Under the pieces are notes generated by a model that was given only the letters and a program-made list of their open reading frames with translations, was not told where the DNA came from and searched no databases. From an uncultured Eubacteriales bacterium (GTDB lineage Bacteria; Acidobacteriota; Aminicenantia; Aminicenantales; Saccharicenantaceae), in contig CAZJBD010000004.1 in assembly GCA_964544265.1 (NCBI GenBank), forward strand, positions 1-48,602: a DNA stretch of 48,602 nucleotides, in the 5' to 3' direction. The position numbers and the translations under genes are program-made. This document shows, one piece after another, positions 40,159 through 48,602 of the stretch (position 1 is the first letter of the stretch; every line of letters starts with the position of its first letter).

Positions 40159-40411
40159 GTTTTTCGAGTTCCTTGGTGATGTTGTCCTTGATCTCTCTGG
40201 CCTCGGTCTCCAGCGCCTTGGCGGCGTCCTTCACTTCCGAGGCCTCGATCTCTTCTTCGATGCGCCCCTTGATCTCGTCGGAAGTCTTCTTGAACTCGCG
40301 GATGGCCTTCCCCACCGACCTGCCGATCTCAGGGAGCTTCTTGGGGCCAAAGACCAGGAGGGCGACGATAAAAATGAGGATGAGCTCCGCCGGTCCTATG
40401 CTTCCGAACAT
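40127..40411 (-). CDS. tatA: Twin-arginine translocase TatA/B
   Basis: Transmembrane helix then FGPKKLPEIGRSVGKAIREFK. Confidence 0.92.
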   Translation of the reverse strand: MFGSIGPAELILIFIVALLVFGPKKLPEIGRSVGKAIREFKKTSDEIKGRIEEEIEASEVKDAAKALETEAREIKDNITKELEKHDAEEGKKVS

Positions 40412-40449
40412 GCATTCAATATAGATGCAAATACCGGATTAGTCAATCG

Positions 40450-40782
40450 CGGTAATCGATGGGAGGGCAGGAGAAGGGCCTTGCTCCCGGCTCCGATCAA
40501 GAATCGCCTGAGACTTATGTCCTTCTCGGCTCCTCAGGCCCAAGACTCCAGGCAAATCTAATAAGCTGAAGGAAACCCATCCTCCGACCTCTGCCGGAGA
40601 CGCGGACCTCTCATCCCCCCTTGATTGGCCAAGGGGGGTTGGGGGGATTAATGCCCTTCAATTAAATTCTTGTGCGTGTCTCCGTTCCTCGGAGGCCTGC
40701 GGCTGCCCTCATCGGACACTCGTCTCAGGCTGATCTCCGCATGGTCGCTGCAGCCCTTCTTCATGCCCTCCCATCACGACCG
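40450..40782. repeat. Long imperfect palindromic element, copy 2
   Basis: Outer stem 40458-40479 with 40753-40775, nested stems, and a core shared with 9439-9539. Confidence 0.75.
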
Positions 40783-40865
40783 TCGATAAACGCTCCAGGG
40801 CGGCTCATTCGGTATTTACATCGGGGGAGGGCTTTGATAAGATGGAACCTGATTTTCAAGCTGTA

Positions 40866-42431
40866 ATGGACATGAAGAAGAAGGTCCTATTCTTTTTTTT
40901 CTTCCTTGTGGCCTTCGTCCGGCTTTCCGGCCCGGAAGAAGACCTCTGGGCCATCTCCCTGGACAAGGTCAATTCCATCGTCTCGATCCTTGAGAACAGC
41001 TATTACAAGGACTTGGATTCGGAAAAGCTGGCTTACGCCTCCATCCACGGCCTCCTGGAAACTCTCGATCCCCATTCGTACTTCCTCGAGCCCGAGAATT
41101 TCTTGAGGATGCGCGAGGACTATGTCGGCAAATACTACGGGCTGGGGATCCAGATCCAGAAGCAGGAAGACCGCTTGGTGGTCATCGCGCCCATTGAAGG
41201 CACACCCGCTTGGCGTCTGGGCGTCCAGCCCGGCGACATTATCTCCCACATCAACGGCGAGACGACGAAGCCTATCTCGAGTCTCGACGCCCTGCAGAAA
41301 CTCCGCGGTGAAAAGGGGACGAAGGTCAACATCACCATTGTCCGGGAGGGATTCGAAAAGCCCATCGACCTGACCGTCATCCGCGAAGAGATACCGCTCT
41401 ACAGCGTGCCCTACGCCTTCATGCTGGACAACACCGTCGGATATATTTTCATCCGGACCTTTGCCGAGGACACGGACCGGGAGCTTCGGGAGAAGCTTAC
41501 CAGGCTCACCGGATTGGGGATGAAGAGCCTCATCCTGGACCTCCGGGGAAACACGGGCGGCCCTTTGATCTCCTCGATCGAAGTCTCGGACGAATTCCTG
41601 TCCAAGGGCGCCCTGGTCGTCTCCATCCGGGGAAGAAACCGCAACTACAACAAGGATTTTTGGGCCCTCAAGGACGAGCAGTATGAGAAGTTGCCCCTTG
41701 TCGTCCTCATTGATCAGGGGACGGCCAGCGCCTCGGAGATCGTAAGCGGCGCCGTCATGGACAACGACCGGGCGCTTGTCGTCGGGCATGATTCCTGGGG
41801 AAAAGGCCTCGTCCAGACGATCTTCCCCCTGTCTTCGACAACGGCCGTGGCCATCACGACGGCCAAGTACCTGACGCCGAGCGGCCGGGCCATCCAGAGG
41901 GATTACAGCCACATCGAGGATTATCTCATGGGCAAACAATCCCCGGCCGAGAGTCGTGAAGTCAAGTCCACCCTCAAAGGGAGGAAGGTTCTCGGGCAGG
42001 GCGGCATCACGCCCGACTACGAGGTTGCCTATTCCCTTAAGCCCTTGACCTTCGAGCTGATGGTTAAGGGGTCCTTCTTCGCTTACGCCAGGAAACTCGT
42101 TCAGCACCAGACGGGGCTTGCCGACCGCTTCGTGTTCCCTCAGGACCGGGGGACGAAAGCGGATGGCGCCGGGAAAATCGTCATCGGGGACATCTTCGTC
42201 GCCGGTCCGGAAGTCCTGGAAGATTTCCGAAGCTACCTCCGCACGGCCAATATCCCGTTTGAGGAGGCCAAGTTCGCGGGGTCCGCTAACGAAATCCGGA
42301 GGGAGCTCGAGCGGGAGATCGCCTCGGCTCTCTGGGGAGTCGAGGAAGGCATCCGGGCCTACCGGAGGTCGGACCCCGTGGTGGTTAAGGCCCTGGAGGT
42401 CATGCCGGAAGCCGCCAAATTCGTCGAATGA
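40866..42431 (+). CDS. S41 C-terminal processing protease (CtpA/Prc-like)
   Basis: LDPHS, PDZ GLGI, LDLRGNTGG, TASASEI and GKGLVQ motifs; ATG at 40842 overlaps a TTTACA-17-TAAGAT promoter, so start 40866 or 40872. Confidence 0.92.
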   Translation: MDMKKKVLFFFFFLVAFVRLSGPEEDLWAISLDKVNSIVSILENSYYKDLDSEKLAYASIHGLLETLDPHSYFLEPENFLRMREDYVGKYYGLGIQIQKQEDRLVVIAPIEGTPAWRLGVQPGDIISHINGETTKPISSLDALQKLRGEKGTKVNITIVREGFEKPIDLTVIREEIPLYSVPYAFMLDNTVGYIFIRTFAEDTDRELREKLTRLTGLGMKSLILDLRGNTGGPLISSIEVSDEFLSKGALVVSIRGRNRNYNKDFWALKDEQYEKLPLVVLIDQGTASASEIVSGAVMDNDRALVVGHDSWGKGLVQTIFPLSSTTAVAITTAKYLTPSGRAIQRDYSHIEDYLMGKQSPAESREVKSTLKGRKVLGQGGITPDYEVAYSLKPLTFELMVKGSFFAYARKLVQHQTGLADRFVFPQDRGTKADGAGKIVIGDIFVAGPEVLEDFRSYLRTANIPFEEAKFAGSANEIRRELEREIASALWGVEEGIRAYRRSDPVVVKALEVMPEAAKFVE

Positions 42432-42490
42432 CCGATAGGTCCGCTCGATGGTTTGCGTGAATAAGAGGAAACGAGGGGGAGGAGCATTAC

Positions 42491-42937
42491 ATGAAGATCG
42501 CCCTGGCCTCGGACCATGCTGGATTTGACCTGAAGAAAGCGGTCGCGGAATACCTCGGTGCAAAGGGGATCGAATACGTAGACTTCGGCTGCGGTCCAGG
42601 GGAAAAGGTGGACTACGTGGACTTCGGCGCCAAAGCCGCCCAAAGCATCGTTTCCGGTCAATGCGACCGCGGCATCCTCGTCTGCGGGACGGGTATCGGG
42701 ATGGGGATTGTGGCCAATAAGTTCAAGGGGATCCGGGCGGCGCCCTGTTGGAACGAGTATACGGCGGAGATGAGTCGGCTCCATAACGACTCCAACTGCT
42801 TGACGATGGGCGGCCGGGTCCTTGGCCCTGACGAGGCGCTTCGGATCGTCCGAATCTTCCTGGAGACGAATTTTGAGGGCGGCCGGCATGCCCGGCGTGT
42901 CGACAAGATCCGGAAGATCGAGGAGGAATGTCCATGA
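42491..42937 (+). CDS. rpiB: Ribose 5-phosphate isomerase B
   Basis: SDHAG, CGTGIG, HNDSN and FEGGRHARR motifs. Confidence 0.95.
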   Translation: MKIALASDHAGFDLKKAVAEYLGAKGIEYVDFGCGPGEKVDYVDFGAKAAQSIVSGQCDRGILVCGTGIGMGIVANKFKGIRAAPCWNEYTAEMSRLHNDSNCLTMGGRVLGPDEALRIVRIFLETNFEGGRHARRVDKIRKIEEECP

Positions 42938-44334
42938 TGTCTTCGTTCGTCGACAAGGTCCAGGCTCTGGCGGAGAGGGTCGAAAAGAACAATATCTGGC
43001 GCCAGAGGGAATGCTTCAACCTGATTCCCTCCGAGTCCACCCCGTCGCTTCTGGTCAAGATGTGCGAGATCTCGGATCCCTCCGGCCGCTACGCTGAGCA
43101 TCGGACCATGAAAGGCGAGGAGGTCTATTTTTACCAGGGGACCGATTTCATCAGGGACATCGAAATCGAGACCCAAAAGGAAATGGGGAAATATTTCAAT
43201 TGCGGCGAAGTTGAGCTTCGGCCGATCAGCGGCCAGATGGCCAATGAGGTCGTTTTCAAAGGCATGGTCAAATTCATCAACCGCAACCGGCCCCAGGGCC
43301 AGCCCTCCCGCCGGATGCGCCTGGTTATGAACAACGACCTCACGAAGGGCGGACACCTGAGTTCGCAGCCCATGGGCGCCCTGTTCAATTTCGTGGAGGA
43401 GGATCCGGCTACGGGGAAAGAGCGGGTCGTCAATTTCCCGGTTTTGGCGGACAATCCTTATAAGCCGGACCTTGAGAAACTCGGAGAATTGCTGGAAACA
43501 TACCGGCCCGAACTCATGGTCTTCGGCAAGAGCATGTTCATTTATCAAGAACCCATCAGGTTTGTCGCCGACATCGTCAAGGGCTGGCCGGAGAAGCCGG
43601 TCATCATGTTCGATATGGCCCATGTCCTCGGCCTCTACGGCGCTTTCCAGGAGCCGCTCGCCGATGGCGCCGACGTCGTCACGGGAAGCACGCACAAAAC
43701 GTTCTTCGGCCCCCAGCGCGGCCTCATCGCCGGCAACTTCCCCCAGGGGAGCCCGCTCCGGAATTTCTGGCTCGACATCAAGGCCCGCGCCTTTCCCGGC
43801 TCGACCTCGAACCACCACCTCGGGACCCTGCTCGCTCTGCTCATGGCGGCTTACGAAATGAACGAGTTCAAACAGCCTTTTCAGAAACAGGTCCGGGCCA
43901 ACGCCAAAGCCTTCGCCAGGGCGCTTAAAGACAAGGGCGTTCCGGTCGAGGGCGACGAGAAAGACGGATTTACGGAGACTCACCAGGTCATCATCCGGGT
44001 CAAGCCGTTCGGGTCGGGGATGGAGATCGCCCGCCGTCTCGAAGAAAACAACATTTTGACCAACTACCAGGCTCTGCCCGATGACGAGACCTTCCTCGTC
44101 TCGAGTGGCATCCGGATGGGCGTTCAGGAAATGACCCGGTTCGGAATGGAGGAAACGGATTTTGACATCCTGGCCGGCTATATCGCCGACGCCATCATCC
44201 GGAAAAAACCGGTGAAGGACGAGGTTAGAGAATTCCGTGAGGCCTTCCTTGAGATGCATTACTGCCTGTCGGCCAAAGATGCTTTGCCTGTGGCCGTCAA
44301 GGTCCTCGCCAGCGTCTTTGGAGAGTGGAAGTAG
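42928..44334 (+). CDS. glyA: Serine hydroxymethyltransferase (divergent)
   Basis: LIPSE, GGHLS, DMAHVLG, GSTHKTFFGPQRG and SGIRMG motifs. Confidence 0.85.
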   Translation: MSMMSSFVDKVQALAERVEKNNIWRQRECFNLIPSESTPSLLVKMCEISDPSGRYAEHRTMKGEEVYFYQGTDFIRDIEIETQKEMGKYFNCGEVELRPISGQMANEVVFKGMVKFINRNRPQGQPSRRMRLVMNNDLTKGGHLSSQPMGALFNFVEEDPATGKERVVNFPVLADNPYKPDLEKLGELLETYRPELMVFGKSMFIYQEPIRFVADIVKGWPEKPVIMFDMAHVLGLYGAFQEPLADGADVVTGSTHKTFFGPQRGLIAGNFPQGSPLRNFWLDIKARAFPGSTSNHHLGTLLALLMAAYEMNEFKQPFQKQVRANAKAFARALKDKGVPVEGDEKDGFTETHQVIIRVKPFGSGMEIARRLEENNILTNYQALPDDETFLVSSGIRMGVQEMTRFGMEETDFDILAGYIADAIIRKKPVKDEVREFREAFLEMHYCLSAKDALPVAVKVLASVFGEWK

Positions 44335-44383
44335 GGGTCAAACCTACTCTTTTGACACACGTCAAAAGAGTAGGTTTGACCCC
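44330..44383. repeat. REP family A doublet with 4-nt spacer
   Basis: Perfect 23-bp IR, 44334-44356 and 44361-44383. Confidence 0.93.
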
Positions 44384-44400
44384 GTCTTGGAGGTCGAGAG

Positions 44401-45681
44401 ATGAAGATACTCGTCATCGGTTCCGGCGGCAGGGAACACGCCCTGGCTTGGAAAATCAAGCAGAGTCCACGCTGTGGAAAGATCTTTTGCGCGCCGGGGA
44501 ATCCGGGGACCATGTCCCTGGGGGAGAACGTGGCCATCGAGGACTCCAACATCAAGGGTTTGGCTGAATTCGCCCAAAAAGAGGCGATCGATCTGACGGT
44601 CGTCGGCCCGGAAGTTCCCCTCACCCTGGGGATCGTGGACGAATTCGAGAAAAGGGGTCTGGGGATTTTTGGCCCGAGGAAGAAGGCGGCCGAGCTCGAG
44701 GGAAGTAAGATCTTCGCCAAGCAGTTCATGGAAAGGCACAAAATCCCGACCGGCCGCTTCCGGATTGCCGACACCTTCGACCAGGCCCAGAAGATCATCA
44801 AAGCGGGCGATCTCGGTTTCCCCGTGGTTGTCAAGGCCGACGGCCTGGCTGCCGGCAAGGGAGTCGCGATCTGCCACAATCCCAAAAAAGCGGAGGAGAC
44901 CGCCTCCGAGATGATGGTCCAAAAAAAGTTCGGCCCGGCGGGGAAGCGAATTCTCATCGAGGAATTCTTACGCGGTCGCGAGGTCTCGTTCATCGTGGTC
45001 TCTGACGGCGCCCGGGTCCGGCCCCTCGTCACGGTCATGGACCATAAGGCCGTTTACGACGGCGCCCGGGGTCCCAACACCGGGGGCATGGGCGCAATCT
45101 CCCCCTCGCCCTTCATGAACGAGAATCTCTATTCGAAGATCATGGAAACGATCGTCTTCCCGACGGTCACCCGCATGCTCGAGGAGGGACGGAAGTTCAA
45201 AGGCGTCCTGTACTGCGGCCTGATGCTGACCGAGGACGGACCTAAAGTCCTTGAGTACAACTGCCGGTTCGGAGACCCCGAGACCCAGCCCCAGGTGTTG
45301 AGGCTTCAGAGCGACCTCGTCGAGATCCTGCTCTCGGCCATTGAGGAGGACATCCTCCGCGCCGAGGTCAGCTGGAGTCTCAAACCATCGGCATGCGTCG
45401 TCCTGGCGTCGGGGGGGTACCCCCGCAAGTATGAAAAGGGAAAAGAAATCACCGGGCTCAATGAGGTCGAAGCCATGCCGGGGGTCGTCCTCTTTCACGC
45501 CGGAACGGCAAGGAAGGACGAAAAATATTTTACGAACGGCGGGCGCGTCCTCGGCGTCTGCGCCTCCGAAGCGACGCTCGAAGAGACCATGGTGAAAATC
45601 TACGCCGCCATAGAGAAGATCTATTTTGAGGCTATGCACTTCCGGCGCGACATCGGCGCGGAAAGAGAGGTTGGACAATGA
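44401..45681 (+). CDS. purD: Phosphoribosylamine-glycine ligase
   Basis: GSGGREHA, KADGLAAGKG, GPNTGGMG and RFGDPETQ motifs. Confidence 0.97.
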   Translation: MKILVIGSGGREHALAWKIKQSPRCGKIFCAPGNPGTMSLGENVAIEDSNIKGLAEFAQKEAIDLTVVGPEVPLTLGIVDEFEKRGLGIFGPRKKAAELEGSKIFAKQFMERHKIPTGRFRIADTFDQAQKIIKAGDLGFPVVVKADGLAAGKGVAICHNPKKAEETASEMMVQKKFGPAGKRILIEEFLRGREVSFIVVSDGARVRPLVTVMDHKAVYDGARGPNTGGMGAISPSPFMNENLYSKIMETIVFPTVTRMLEEGRKFKGVLYCGLMLTEDGPKVLEYNCRFGDPETQPQVLRLQSDLVEILLSAIEEDILRAEVSWSLKPSACVVLASGGYPRKYEKGKEITGLNEVEAMPGVVLFHAGTARKDEKYFTNGGRVLGVCASEATLEETMVKIYAAIEKIYFEAMHFRRDIGAEREVGQ

Positions 45682-46169
45682 ACGTTACGATCTTGCTGGG
45701 AAGCGGGTCCGATTTTGACGTTATCAAGGATGGCCTGGAAATCCTGAAGGAGTTCGGCGTGCCGTTTGACCTCGAGGTGACCTCCGCTCACCGCTCGCCG
45801 GAGAGGACTCTGAAGCTGGTCAAGAAGGCCGAGGAGAAGGGGACGGAGGTCTTTATCGCGGTGGCGGGCAAGGCCGCCCACCTGGCCGGCGTCATCGCCG
45901 CCCACACGACTCGGCCGGTCATCGGCGTACCGGTGGAAAGCCCGGCCCTGGCCGGAATGGACGCCTTATTGTCCACCGTCCAGATGCCCAAAGGCATTCC
46001 GGTGGCCACGGTTGCCTTGGGGAAGGCGGGAGGGGCTAACGCGGCCCTCTTGGCCGTGCAGATCCTGGCCCTGAACGACGTCGGGCTCCGCAAGAAGCTG
46101 GCCGCCCATCGAAAACAGATGGCCGAAGAGGTCGAGGCGAGCTCAAGGAAAGTCCAAGAAAAGGCATGA
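45678..46169 (+). CDS. purE: N5-CAIR mutase / AIR carboxylase
   Basis: GSGSD, SAHRSP, AAHLAG and STVQMPKGIPVAT motifs. Confidence 0.95.
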   Translation: MNVTILLGSGSDFDVIKDGLEILKEFGVPFDLEVTSAHRSPERTLKLVKKAEEKGTEVFIAVAGKAAHLAGVIAAHTTRPVIGVPVESPALAGMDALLSTVQMPKGIPVATVALGKAGGANAALLAVQILALNDVGLRKKLAAHRKQMAEEVEASSRKVQEKA

Positions 46170-47401
46170 CCTCTTTCTCCATTCGCAACTTCGGCTGCCG
46201 GGTCAACCAAGCCGAGGCATTCACCTGGGCCGAGGAATTCCAGAGGCGCGGGCTTGAGGTCGGGGATGCCTGGGAACAGAGCGACTATGTCCTGGTCAAT
46301 TCGTGCACCCTCACCGGACGGGCGGACCGGGACGTCAAGCGGTTTATCCACAAGGTCGCCCGTCGAAATCCGAAGGCCCGCCTGATTGTGACGGGTTGCC
46401 TGGCCGAACGGACCGGCCCAAAACTGGCCGAGATGCCGGGCGTCTGGATGGTCGTCGGGAATGCGGAGAAAACCGATCTGGCGAAAAAGCTCATCGAACG
46501 AACGGGAGCGCGTGAGGAGGCGACCACGGCCGCCCCTTATCGGGCCCGGGCCCAGGTCAAGGTTCAGGACGGTTGCGATTTCCACTGTTCCTACTGTGTC
46601 ATCCCGAGCGTGCGGGGGAAGAGCGTGAGCGTTCCTCCGGAAAACGTCCTGGCGCGGGTCGGCGACCTCGCGGCGCGGGGCTACCGGGAGATCATCCTGG
46701 CGGGGATTCATCTCTCCTCTTACGGTTTCGATCTCCAGCCTCGAAGCTCGCTCCTTGATCTCGTCCGCCGGATCGAAGCGATTGAGGGCCTCGGCCGGGT
46801 CCGTTTGAGCTCGCTTGATCCGCGTTTCTTGGACGGTGTTCTCGTCGAGCATATCACGGCGAGTCCCTGGATTTGCCCACATTTCCACCTGTCCTTGCAG
46901 AGCGGTTCGGACCAGGTCCTGGGAATGATGGGGAGGGGCCCAGGGCGGAGAAATTATGAAAAGATACTCGAAAATCTGCGGCGACGATCGCCCGCTGCGG
47001 CGCTGGGCGCCGATATCATTGCCGGATTCCCTGGGGAGACCGAGGAAGATTTCGACGAGACGCACGATTTTTTGCGCCGGGCCCCCTTGGATTATTTTCA
47101 CGTGTTTCCTTACTCGCCGAGGGAGGGAACCGGAGCCGCCCGCATGAAGCAGGTTTGCGAAAAGACGAAAATGGAAAGGGCCGTGGTCCTGCGGGAGCTT
47201 TCCGCGGAAAAAAACCTGGATTTTCGAAGACGATTCGTTGGGCGGGAGCTGGAAGGGATTGTGATCATGAAAAAAGGCCGGGAAGCCGAGGTCCTGACCG
47301 AAAACTATATCCGGGTTAGGATTTCGGACTGCCCCGTCTCGCGGCGGGAAGTCGTTAAAGTGCGGATAACGGCCGTCAGTCCTCAAGAAACGACCGGTTG
47401 A
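46166..47401 (+). CDS. mtaB: tRNA t6A37 methylthiotransferase
   Basis: GCRVNQAE, NSC, TGC, KVQDGCDFHCSYC, LQSGSD and YSPREGT motifs. Confidence 0.9.
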   Translation: MTSFSIRNFGCRVNQAEAFTWAEEFQRRGLEVGDAWEQSDYVLVNSCTLTGRADRDVKRFIHKVARRNPKARLIVTGCLAERTGPKLAEMPGVWMVVGNAEKTDLAKKLIERTGAREEATTAAPYRARAQVKVQDGCDFHCSYCVIPSVRGKSVSVPPENVLARVGDLAARGYREIILAGIHLSSYGFDLQPRSSLLDLVRRIEAIEGLGRVRLSSLDPRFLDGVLVEHITASPWICPHFHLSLQSGSDQVLGMMGRGPGRRNYEKILENLRRRSPAAALGADIIAGFPGETEEDFDETHDFLRRAPLDYFHVFPYSPREGTGAARMKQVCEKTKMERAVVLRELSAEKNLDFRRRFVGRELEGIVIMKKGREAEVLTENYIRVRISDCPVSRREVVKVRITAVSPQETTG

Positions 47402-47406
47402 GAACG

Positions 47407-48602
47407 ATGAAACGAATCCACGTCCTTCCGCCTGAGCTTGCCCGGAAAATCGCGGCCGGGGAGGTTATCGAACGGCCGGTCTCTGTCGTCAAGGAACTTG
47501 TGGAAAACTCCTTGGACGCGGAAGCAACGGAGATCAGGATCGATCTCCTCGACGGGGGGAAAAAGCTCATCAGGGTGCGGGATAACGGCTTGGGGATGTC
47601 CCCTGAGGACGCCGCATTCTGCTTCCGGCGCCACTCGACGAGCAAGATTGCCGGCGAAGAGGACCTCGAAAGGATCTCCACCCTCGGCTTCCGGGGAGAG
47701 GCGCTGGCCAGCATCTCGGCCGTGTCCCGTTTGACGCTCAAGACGTTCGACGGGAACGGGGACAGAGGAACAGAAATCGAACGAGAGGGGGATAAGCTCC
47801 TGCATATCACGGAAATCGCTTTCCCCAAAGGGACGTTGGTCGAGGTCCGGGAGCTTTTCTTCAACCTGCCGGCCCGGCGGAAGTTCCTCCGCTCCGACAG
47901 GTCCGAGCTGAGTCTCATCGCCAAATATCTGACCAACGCGGCCCTGGCCTACCCTAAAGTCCGTTTTATCCTATTCAACGGCCCCCGGGAGCTCCTGGAT
48001 TGCCCGGCGGTAGCCAGCCTTAAAGAACGGATTTTTCAGATCTACGGGAAGGCGGTCCTCGACGGCTTGATGGAGGTCGATTACAAGGAAGGGGAGTGCG
48101 GGGTCTACGGATTCGCGTCCAGACCGCTTCTGGGAAGGGCGGACCGGAACCACCAGTTTTTCTACGTCAACGCCCGGCCCATCAGGGACCGCACGCTCCA
48201 GGCCGCCTTAAACCAGGCTTATTCCGGAATGCTGGAAAAAGACCGTTCAGCCGAGGCCTTTCTCTTCCTTAGCTTGCCCTTCTCAGATGTGGATGTTAAC
48301 GTCCATCCGGCCAAAGCCGAAGTCCGGTTTAAAGATACTCAGGCGATTTTCCGCCTTGTTCTGAGGAGCGTCGAGCAGGCGGCCCTGAGGACAAGCGGGA
48401 TCAAGGACGTTTATGCATCGGAGACGGAGGCCCACGGGCCGGCGCCCAAGGTCGAAGAGAAGGGCCTGCCTCTTGATTTCGGTTCGTTTCGGGTGGAGAG
48501 GAAGACACGGCCCGGAGAACCGGCAATAGATCTTGCAGAGCCCAAGACTGAACCGGAGCGGTTGGGACCCGAAGTTCTGGGTCAATATCTGAACATGTAT
48601 AT
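47407..48602 (+). CDS. mutL: DNA mismatch repair protein MutL (3' end outside window)
   Basis: Manual translation MKRIHVLPPELARKIAAGEVIERPVSVVKELVENSLDA...DNGLG...TLGFRGEALASI...DVNVHPAK. Confidence 0.95.
   Translation, partial: MKRIHVLPPELARKIAAGEVIERPVSVVKELVENSLDAEATEIRIDLLDGGKKLIRVRDNGLGMSPEDAAFCFRRHSTSKIAGEEDLERISTLGFRGEALASISAVSRLTLKTFDGNGDRGTEIEREGDKLLHITEIAFPKGTLVEVRELFFNLPARRKFLRSDRSELSLIAKYLTNAALAYPKVRFILFNGPRELLDCPAVASLKERIFQIYGKAVLDGLMEVDYKEGECGVYGFASRPLLGRADRNHQFFYVNARPIRDRTLQAALNQAYSGMLEKDRSAEAFLFLSLPFSDVDVNVHPAKAEVRFKDTQAIFRLVLRSVEQAALRTSGIKDVYASETEAHGPAPKVEEKGLPLDFGSFRVERKTRPGEPAIDLAEPKTEPERLGPEVLGQYLNMY

Noticed and set aside
40887-44259. Long antisense ORFs (558 aa and 533 aa; likewise 6375-7835, 45788-47386, 32391-33470)
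   Set aside because: They shadow well-identified genes on the opposite strand, as expected in high-GC DNA, and show no motifs.

Overview
GC-rich bacterial chromosomal window of mostly core genes. The style is compatible with an anaerobic diderm such as Acidobacteriota/Aminicenantia, but that is a low-confidence inference. Gene order: partial mgsA, uvrA, SDR, an acpS/acyl-adenylate ligase/ACP/kbl cluster, an AMIN+beta-barrel protein, a cobalamin-riboswitch-controlled TonB receptor, a PLP decarboxylase, a TrmO fusion, ilvE, a radical SAM, queF and queCDE, a Na+-type V/A-ATPase operon, a 16-codon ORF followed by two ATP-grasp ligases and a GNAT, a RAYT-like Y1 HUH transposase, an exported MurQ/GKRP-like protein, tatAC, an S41 protease, rpiB, glyA, purD, purE, mtaB and partial mutL. 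The most notable signal is non-coding. A REP/REPIN-like family (GTAGGGGTCAAACCTACTCTTTTGACA) flanks the RAYT and occurs at seven loci. Its outer ends form the TAG stop codon of four genes and put TTGACC exactly 17 bp from a -10-like hexamer in front of five genes. Nested with it are a second repeat family and two 330-360 nt fold-back elements that share a core with one compensatory base-pair change. No rRNA, tRNA or CRISPR array was seen. All calls come from reading motifs by eye; no database search was run.
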